A stretch of 64,000 nucleotides of DNA from an uncultured Gemmatimonadaceae bacterium. GTDB lineage: Bacteria > Gemmatimonadota > Gemmatimonadetes > Gemmatimonadales > Gemmatimonadaceae. Both the position numbers and the translations under genes were made by a program. Where the stretch lies: positions 96,001 to 160,000 of the forward strand of contig CAWBOC010000005.1 of NCBI GenBank assembly GCA_963790305.1, written 5' to 3'. Positions within the stretch are counted from its first letter, which is position 1, and every line of letters starts with the position of its first letter. The notes beneath the pieces are model-generated. The model had not been told where the DNA came from. It saw nothing but the letters and a program-made list of their open reading frames with translations, and searched no databases. Shown here piece after piece: positions 57,010 to 64,000 of this stretch.

Positions 57010-59215
57010 TCACCACGCCGCCACGATCGACTTGATCTCGGCGGCATTCATTCGGACGGCGCCGTCCGGCGACACCGCGATCGCGACGTTCGTGCCCCGC
57101 ACGAGCACCCGGTCGCCTAACGCAAAGGCAGTCGCGAGGTCGGGCAGCTCCCGAACCAGGGCGAAGTATGCTTCGGAATACGCCTGCACCTTGACCACGC
57201 GTGTGCCCTCCGAGAACCGGGCGTCCGTCCACACGCTGTCGCGCATGACGAACGTCCGCGTACCAACCCGCCTCGAGATGATACCCCTTTCCTCGAGCGC
57301 CGGTGCCGAGGCAGCGTCGGCTTGCGACAACGTCTGCGCACCTCGCATGGCCGAGGCAGCCTTCGCCTCTTCGAACCGGCGCACCCGTGCTTCGGGCGCA
57401 GCCGAAGTCGCCACCCCACGTGTCATGTCACGACCGCTCTGGTTGGCTACCATCCCGGGCTCGAGCACGAGGTACGAGGTGAGCTCCGTGGGGATGCCGT
57501 ATCGCTCTCCGAGCGAGCGGATCTCATCGTCGATCTCCGGCGACGCGCCATTGCGCCGGCGCTCCGCACTCAAATACCCGACGCGCTGCGTCGCCCACAG
57601 ACGCGCCACGAAGACATTCTCGCGGTCGCGGTCGGGCAGCTCGGCTTCGGTCGTCCACGACACCCGGCCGTTGGTCGATTCACCCTCGAAGCGCACGAGG
57701 ATCGTTCCACTTCCTTCGTACCGTGCGAGGACGACGAGGTCCTGGCCGGCGAACAGATCGTACGGCCCAGCGGGATGCATCTTCGACAATCGCGCTCCTT
57801 CCACACGCACACGCAGATCCGTCGCAACGGGATTCGTGAGCCGCGACGCGACGATGCTCACCGCCCGCTCCACGGATTCATCGGGTCGAACGAAGTGTGC
57901 GGTCCCCCGCCCCTCCAGGGCCAGCCGCTCGAGCAAGGCGACGTTGAGATCGGCGCCAACGCCGAAGGTGAAGATGCGTCGCCGTCCGCGCTCGGTCGCG
58001 GCCTGTGCGGCAATCCGCTCAGGATTGCGCTCGCCGACCGTTGGCTCACCGTCGGTCACGAACAACACGAGTGGCAGCCGGCCATTGTCGGCGGGAACGG
58101 ACAGCGCTTCTTCCAGCGCGCCGGAGATGTTCGTGGATCCTTCCGCGCGTAGCCGATCGAGGTAGCGCTCCGCCGCGGCGATATTCTCGCGCGTCGCGAA
58201 CACGGGCTCGTCGCGGAAGTTGCGCACGTCGCTCGCGAAGTCGATCAGTCTGAAGCGGTCACGGGAGGACAGCGTCGCCAGGAGCTGCTTCCCAGCCTCA
58301 CGCGCCTGCTGGATTTTCTTTCCACTCATTGAGCCGGACACATCAAGGACCAACGTGATGTCGCGCGGAGTCTCACGCGGAGCAATCGCCGGGGGCGACA
58401 GGGTGAGCAGGGCGAAGCCTTCCTCACGCCCCGGAGCGTGTGACAGCACGCCGATCGCCGCGCGCGTTCCCCGGCGAAGTGGAAGGAGCAACGTCATCTC
58501 CGCGCGCACCGCCCGAGAGCTCGACGCGGGCCATCTCGCGGTCATCGCTGACGCGCAGATCGTGCGTCGGCGAATACGGGCGGCCGTAGCTCGAACGAGG
58601 ATAGCTCAGACGAAACTGGAGCCTGCCCTCCGGAGCCTCGCGATCGCGAGCGACGTCCGCGACGGGACCTGAATGTCCCCCCCGGAAGTAGTCCACCCGC
58701 ACCGCATCGCCCTCACGCTCGGCCACCGCATGAAAGCGCACGACGACGCGGCGCGTTTCGCCAGCACCGATCGGAAAGATTCTCGTCCGCAGGAGCCCAT
58801 GGCCCATCCACTCCACGAGTGCCGGGTCTCGGCTCTGCCTGACGATGTCCTCGTAGATGCGTCGTGCCTCGTCGGCGCTCATCGTCTCCCCGGCGACGAG
58901 CTCGCCGTTGATCTCGAGCTTCAGTCCCTCGAACGCGGCGTTTTTCGGAAGCGGAAAGAGATAGTCCGCCTCGCCGATTCCGCCGCCCCGGTTGATGAAG
59001 GTCTCTTCCACCTCATAGTGCAGCACGCCGTCGCGCAGCTCGACCTCGACGTTGCTGGCCCGTCGGTGGACGTCGGAGACTGGAACCCGCCGGCATTCGC
59101 GCCCCGGACACCCCGGACAGGGGATCGGGGCACAGGGCCGTGGAATGATCCGCCCCTGCGCCAGTGCCGGCGCTGGGGAGAGCAGGAGAGCAAGAACGAG
59201 AATGGCGAGACGCAT
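57010..59215 (-). CDS. Secreted VIT + VWA domain protein, +1 frameshift near 58500
   Basis: The VIT part (EADYLFPLP, ARRIYEDIV, DPALVE) and the VWA part (DVSGSM, GSTNI, TDG) are in different frames. Removing one G from CGCGGAGATG joins GGAR-EMTLLLP. Confidence 0.87.
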
Positions 59216-59285
59216 TTTTGGCTTCCGTTGGGTGACGATATGGAGACGTCGACGGAGGCCGGACTTGCACAGCGCGCAAAAACAA

Positions 59286-59394
59286 AGGCGCTAGAAAGCG
59301 CTAGAAGCGCTAAAGGCGCTGAGTTACAGCCGCTTTTAGCGCCTCTAGCGCCTCTAGCGCCTTGTCTCCAGCGCCTCTAGCGCCTCTAGCGCCT
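59286..59394. repeat. Palindromic element, family D
   Basis: AGGCGCTAGAAAGCGCTAGAAGCGCTAAAGGCGCTG ... (TAGCGCCTC)n. Confidence 0.88.
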
Positions 59395-60272
59395 CAAGAA
59401 GCTTCCCCTCGCCGCTGCTCGCCGCCCGATCGGGCCACCACTCGAACCGCCAGGAGGTTCTTGTCGGCACGCCCGAGGACTTTCGTGAGGTTCTCGCGCG
59501 GATAGCGCACTGCCCAGCCGAGCGAGAACTCGACGGGCGCGGACCGGAGCGCGGAGCGCTGCAGCCGGGCGACGACCTGCTGAACGCGCTCGCCGTCGGC
59601 ATTGGCGAGCAATATCACGAACTCGTCGCCGCCGAGTCGGACCACCGCATCCTCGGCGCGAACGTGGCGCATGAGGAAGCGGGCCATTTTCACCAGCGCT
59701 CGATCGCCCGCCTGGTGCCCAAAGCGATCGTTGAATTGCTTGAAGTGATCAATGTCGATGATGATGCATCCCCATGACTCACCGGGATGCGCGCTCGCCC
59801 GCCGCTCGAGCGTCGAGAGATAGCGGCGGTTGTAGCAGCCGGTGAGCGGATCACGGAGGCTCTGCTGCACGAGATCGTCGGCGGCTCGCTTTCGCGCGGT
59901 GATGTCGACGATCACTCCGTAGTAGTACACGTCGCCAGTCTGCGCCTCGCGGACCGCGTATGTGGTGTCGAGCACCGTGCGTGTCGTGCCGTCAGGACGC
60001 CGGAGCTCGAGCTCGAGCTCGAGAGTGTGCCCTTCGCTATCGACGACGTCGAGCACGCGCGGCCGCTGGGTCGGGTCGATGAGGAACTCATCGACCCGAC
60101 GGTCTTTCAGCGCCTGGACCGAGTCGACACCGAGGATTTCGAGCATCGCCGGATTGGCATCGACGAATTCGCCTTCCGGCGTCGTGATGTACATGCCGAC
60201 CCGCACGTGGCGCACGAGCTCGCGCAGTGTCTCTCCCTCACCGAGACTCGGCCGGTGCGACCGCGGCTTCAT
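59394..60272 (-). CDS. PAS-GGDEF diguanylate cyclase
   Basis: PAS domain (FVDANPAMLEILG); DPLTGCYNRR, DIDHFKQFND, RAED I-site and GGDEF. Confidence 0.93.
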   Translation of the reverse strand: MKPRSHRPSLGEGETLRELVRHVRVGMYITTPEGEFVDANPAMLEILGVDSVQALKDRRVDEFLIDPTQRPRVLDVVDSEGHTLELELELRRPDGTTRTVLDTTYAVREAQTGDVYYYGVIVDITARKRAADDLVQQSLRDPLTGCYNRRYLSTLERRASAHPGESWGCIIIDIDHFKQFNDRFGHQAGDRALVKMARFLMRHVRAEDAVVRLGGDEFVILLANADGERVQQVVARLQRSALRSAPVEFSLGWAVRYPRENLTKVLGRADKNLLAVRVVARSGGEQRRGEAS

Positions 60273-61501
60273 TGCGAGACTCCTCCGTTTTCGCGCGCGG
60301 GGATCGCGGTGGCGGTGGGCTCCTCCACCTCACGAACCGGCGTGGTCTCATCCACGACGACGAGCCGTCGGTCGAGCTGCCGCATCATCGAGCAGAATGC
60401 GCGTGCCACATCAGGGTCGAATTCCGTCCCCGCGCGCGACTCGATGTATTCCAGGGCGCGCTCCGATTCCCACGCATCGCGATAGGGGCGGCGCGTACGC
60501 AGTGCATCGTACACGTCACACACGTGAACGAGCCGGCTGGCACTGTGGCAGTCGCGACCGTAGTGGAGACAGGGATAGCCTCCTCCGTTGAGCATGATGT
60601 GATGCTCGTAGGCGACCACGGCGGCGAGATCGAGCTGCTTGTCGCTGGCGAAGATGATCCGCGCCCCATCGGCGGGGTGCCGGTTCATGATCGCGCGCTC
60701 TTCCGGCGTGAGGCGGCCCGGCTTTACCAGGATCTCGCGTGGGATGCGCACCTTTCCGAGGTCGTGCAGCAGCCCCGCGACGCCATACGCACGAACATCG
60801 CGCTTGCCGAGTCCCATGAACTCCGCCAGCGCCATCGAGAGCACGGACACGTTCATCGAATGCGTGGTCGTGTACTGGTCGAACTCCTTCAGCTCGAGCA
60901 ATGGGATGACGACCTGACTTTCGCCGTGCATGGCAACCGACAGCGAGCGCACGACCGCCTCCGCTTCGACGAGTGGCAGCTCGCCGCGGTGCTCCACTTC
61001 GCCGTGCAGCCAGCGGACCGCTTCGGCTTCCTCGCCGAGCGTGTAGGTGATGGTGGCCGTCGGCAGCACCGCCTCGCTTGGCGCCTTCAGCCCAGTCGCG
61101 CCCCGCACACCAATGGCGCCGAACCGAATGCTGGACGGGCGCGTCTGGCGTTGCTCGGTGGTGTCCACCGTCAATGCCGTAAGGCGCGACATGATGTCAT
61201 CGAGGAAGGTCTCGTAATCTTCGCGCGTCACGCCGGGCTGGAGCTCGATGCGCTGGATGCCCGCCGCCGCCAATCGCCCACCCCATTCCCACTCGCGGAG
61301 CTCGCGCAGCGCTCGCTCTCCGTAGATCACCTCGGCTCCAAGGAACGAAAACCGGGCGGAGGGATCATATTTCTGAAGCGCTTCGAGGTGCTCGAAGGCG
61401 TTGTCGATGGCCTTTACTCGCGCGGGATGGCCGTCGCCGTACAGCGCCATCGTCGACAGCGCCTGCGCGAACGCGGAGAGGAAGCGTGTCGGCTCGCTCA
61501 C
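60269..61501 (-). CDS. HD-GYP cyclic-dinucleotide phosphodiesterase with an unnamed N-terminal domain
   Basis: DQYTTTHS, LLHDLGK, HP, EHH, GGYP and DVYDALRTRRPYR. The GTG start overlaps the upstream TGA. Confidence 0.9.
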   Translation of the reverse strand: MSEPTRFLSAFAQALSTMALYGDGHPARVKAIDNAFEHLEALQKYDPSARFSFLGAEVIYGERALRELREWEWGGRLAAAGIQRIELQPGVTREDYETFLDDIMSRLTALTVDTTEQRQTRPSSIRFGAIGVRGATGLKAPSEAVLPTATITYTLGEEAEAVRWLHGEVEHRGELPLVEAEAVVRSLSVAMHGESQVVIPLLELKEFDQYTTTHSMNVSVLSMALAEFMGLGKRDVRAYGVAGLLHDLGKVRIPREILVKPGRLTPEERAIMNRHPADGARIIFASDKQLDLAAVVAYEHHIMLNGGGYPCLHYGRDCHSASRLVHVCDVYDALRTRRPYRDAWESERALEYIESRAGTEFDPDVARAFCSMMRQLDRRLVVVDETTPVREVEEPTATAIPARENGGVSQ

Positions 61502-63600
61502 GCCTGGTGCCCGGTCGCCATGACGGTATTGCGGATCTCGACGTCGGTCGAGCCGAGCGCGAGCGCAAGCACGGCGCCCACGCCGCGGCCTCGCGCCCAA
61601 TGGGTCGCGAGACCGTTGAGTGCCGCGAGCATGGTGGGGGACTTTGGCGCGAGTCGCGGTCGACCGAAGAGTCTCCGCGATGCGCCCGCCGCGCGCTCCA
61701 TGAGCCACTCCAGCACCTCCGTCGTCCGAACCAATGCAATGACGGCGATCGCGTGCGAGCTCAGCTCCGCGTCGAGCGTCCCCTCGGTCACGCGCCGTTG
61801 CAAGATGGCGACCGCGGACAGCGGACACCGGCCGGACGCAGCCTGGAGCGCGACGCGAAAAACGCGCTCGTCGCTGTCGTCGAGGCCGGCGCAGATCGCG
61901 CGCTCCCTGGCGGCGGGGACGGCGACCAGAATGCGAATGGCTTCGCGACGCACACGACCATCGGCATGCCGCGCATAGCTCGTGCCCAGATCGACGTTCT
62001 GATCACCGAGGTCGGCGAGGAGCATCAGCATGTTGCGCACGACGAACCAGCGCTCGTCAGGCAATCGGGCCGTGATGGCCGTTGTCGCCTCCGGTCCGAG
62101 CTGGACGAGGAGATCGAGCAACTTTCGGCGAATCGCCCGCGATGGGGACACCTCGAGCGCGTCGAGCAGCGGGTCGGCGGCGGCGAGCTTGAGCCGCGGA
62201 ACGAGGTGGTCGACGAGCGTGAAATCGATCGGCACCTCGCGGAGTGCCGTGCGAAGCTGTTCCGGCGACGCAAGCTGTCGCCACATGGCGGCGGCCGCCC
62301 GGCTCTGCTCCGGAGCGTTCGATACCAGCGTGAACAGGCGCAAGAGGTCTCCGCGCCGGATCATCGCCTCGACCGCCCGCGTCACCGGCTCACCTAACGA
62401 ATCGACCTCGAGGCTCATCTGGATGATCCGCTCCGGCTCCGGTCCATGCGAGGAGGGCTCGGTCGTGGCGAAGAGCGGTGCCGCCTTCGCCATGTGGTCG
62501 AGGACGACGCGATAGTTCCCCGGATTGGGATCGTCGAGCGTCCAGTCACCAATGAGGCGCTGCACGTGATCGCGAAGCTCGCTCTCCGCACCGGCACGCA
62601 TCTCGGGACCCGCGCCCTGCTCGGCGTGCGTCGCGAGCTTCGTGAGCAGGCGAACGAGCGAGTGCGAAATCGTCTGCTGCGACGTGTCCGCGGCGGCCTG
62701 CACGAGCTCCATCACGGCGTCGACCGCCATCCCCTGCGCGGCATCGAGCATGAAGCGTTGCCGCTGCGAGAGATCGCCTCCCATTTCGAGCAGTCGCCGA
62801 AGTGTCGCGGGATTGAGCGCGCTGACCATCGTCGAAATGCGCTTCTGGAGCGCCTGCGATTCCGCGCCGCCCTTGCGCTTCAGCTCCTCGGCGATCTGGA
62901 GCAGGTAGCCGACGATGACCTGGTCGTACGCCACCTCGCGACGGTGCTCGTCGATCGCCTTCGCCACGACCACGGGGTCGGTCGACGGAACCTCGCCGGT
63001 CGTGGATGCGGCCGATTCGGCGAACATTGCGGCGCGCGCAAGCCCGACCCAGAGCTGGGCAGCACGTGCACCCGCCTCTCCGCTGCTCCCGCCGCCACCA
63101 GCGGCATCTTGCGAGGAGCGCTCACTCGCCAGCTCCAGCTGGTCGTACGTGAGCGGAAAGGCGCGAATGTGCGCCCAGCGGCGAAGCTCTTCCGCGGGCC
63201 GCAGGCCTAACGGCGTGACGCTGCGCTCGGCATCGGCGGCGATCGTCTTGAGAAGATCGGCGACCTCATCCCGCGCAATGCCGCGCAGGAACTTCACGGC
63301 ACCGAGGTGGTGTCGGTGGAGCCGATGCGCGAGGTCGCGCAGGAGGGAGTTACTCGCGGCGGTGACGACTCCCTCGATGACGAGCTGCTGGCGCGCAACG
63401 CCAAGCGAGAGTGTGGCACGGTCCTGCAGCAGGCGGACGAGGCGGAGCACGAGCGCGTCGACGGCGCCGGCCAGCAGGGGATGCCCCGACGGGTAAATCG
63501 CGTTCTTGTGCAACGCGATCGACAGCTCGATGAGGAAGTCGGCGAGGTCGCGCGACAGCGCCGCGCTCTCGCCCGAGGCGGTCGCGTGCGCGTGGGTCAC
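61498..63600 (-). CDS. Large helical protein with C-terminal HEAT-like repeats
   Basis: LPDERWFVVRNML, HADGRVRREAI and LDDSDERV; N-terminal IYPSGHP domain. Confidence 0.8.
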   Translation of the reverse strand: MTHAHATASGESAALSRDLADFLIELSIALHKNAIYPSGHPLLAGAVDALVLRLVRLLQDRATLSLGVARQQLVIEGVVTAASNSLLRDLAHRLHRHHLGAVKFLRGIARDEVADLLKTIAADAERSVTPLGLRPAEELRRWAHIRAFPLTYDQLELASERSSQDAAGGGGSSGEAGARAAQLWVGLARAAMFAESAASTTGEVPSTDPVVVAKAIDEHRREVAYDQVIVGYLLQIAEELKRKGGAESQALQKRISTMVSALNPATLRRLLEMGGDLSQRQRFMLDAAQGMAVDAVMELVQAAADTSQQTISHSLVRLLTKLATHAEQGAGPEMRAGAESELRDHVQRLIGDWTLDDPNPGNYRVVLDHMAKAAPLFATTEPSSHGPEPERIIQMSLEVDSLGEPVTRAVEAMIRRGDLLRLFTLVSNAPEQSRAAAAMWRQLASPEQLRTALREVPIDFTLVDHLVPRLKLAAADPLLDALEVSPSRAIRRKLLDLLVQLGPEATTAITARLPDERWFVVRNMLMLLADLGDQNVDLGTSYARHADGRVRREAIRILVAVPAARERAICAGLDDSDERVFRVALQAASGRCPLSAVAILQRRVTEGTLDAELSSHAIAVIALVRTTEVLEWLMERAAGASRRLFGRPRLAPKSPTMLAALNGLATHWARGRGVGAVLALALGSTDVEIRNTVMATGHQA

Positions 63601-63782
63601 GGTCCCCTCCGGGGACGCGTGGCGAGTGCGATCGGTTGCGGGCGGCGCTGGGCTGAATGCACGGCTGCGTCGGGATGGGTACCAAGGTCCCGAAAGAAAG
63701 ACGAGCGGGGACCGCCCCCGTTACGGTCGTCAGGCGGGGGCCCGGGCCCCGCAAGTCCCTGTGAAGCAAGCCATTTAGCCCG

Positions 63783-63798
63783 TGGCACATGCGTTGCC
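63783..63798 (+). promoter_or_regulatory. Sigma-54 (-24/-12) promoter
   Basis: TGGCACATGCGTTGC matches TGGCAC-N5-TTGC, about 75 nt upstream of ATG 63872. Confidence 0.65.
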
Positions 63799-63871
63799 AA
63801 TTGCAGTTCCCGCCGGCCCTCCCGACCCGCGCGATGCGGGGACGCGAAGGCCGCCTAACGCGGAGGAAGTC

Positions 63872-64000
63872 ATGGCAGCAGAGCGCAAGAAAGGATCGTC
63901 CGGCCGGGGCTCGAGCCGGTCATCCGGGCGCGGGAGTGAAGGCCGCGGCAGTTCCGGCGGAAGCGGCGGATCGGCTCGCGGCGCGAGCTCGAAGCGCGGG
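63872..64000 (+). CDS. Start of an S/G/R-rich low-complexity protein, truncated by the window edge
   Basis: GGAGG RBS; MAAERKKGSSGRGSSRSSGRGSEGRGSSGGSGGSARGASSKR. Confidence 0.6.
   Translation, partial: MAAERKKGSSGRGSSRSSGRGSEGRGSSGGSGGSARGASSKRG

Noticed and set aside
2201..59394. Repeat clusters as CRISPR arrays
   Set aside because: Units are 7-11 nt, directly tandem and arranged as inverted arms. There are no 23-47-nt repeats with unique spacers and no cas genes.
14060..61760. Frequent GCGATCGC (HIP1-like) octamers
   Set aside because: Readily explained by Ala-Ile-Ala codons (GCG ATC GC) and general CGATCG richness at this GC content. It cannot be called enriched without a codon-aware model.

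Overview
High-GC bacterial chromosomal window with about 55 densely packed genes. Gene content and style are consistent with a Gemmatimonadota/Acidobacteriota-type soil or sediment organism; this is an inference, not a database result. It holds many secreted hydrolases (four amidohydrolase-family genes, an M14 peptidase, an MBL-fold protein, a phosphoesterase, a peptidoglycan amidase), c-di-GMP and two-component signalling genes, a PadR-ADOP permease pair, CcdA-TlpA, a VIT/VWA-ECF sigma-anti-sigma operon, a plant/chlamydial-type FabI, a GMC dehydrogenase pair and tRNA-Cys. I found no transposase, integrase, CRISPR array or rRNA. Five observations stand out. (1) About 22 palindromic elements share one architecture (tandem 7- or 9/10-nt units, a spacer, then the reverse-complement arm) across at least six unrelated unit families; two of them sit in-frame inside proteins. 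(2) The heptamer CCTAACG recurs 18 times and forces rare TTA/CTA codons. (3) A translationally coupled HEAT-like, HD-GYP, PAS-GGDEF operon has two proteins sharing an unnamed N-terminal 'Y-x-x-GHP' domain. (4) An amidohydrolase triplet has metal ligands in only the middle gene. (5) Six genes are broken by single-base insertions, most likely long-read errors.
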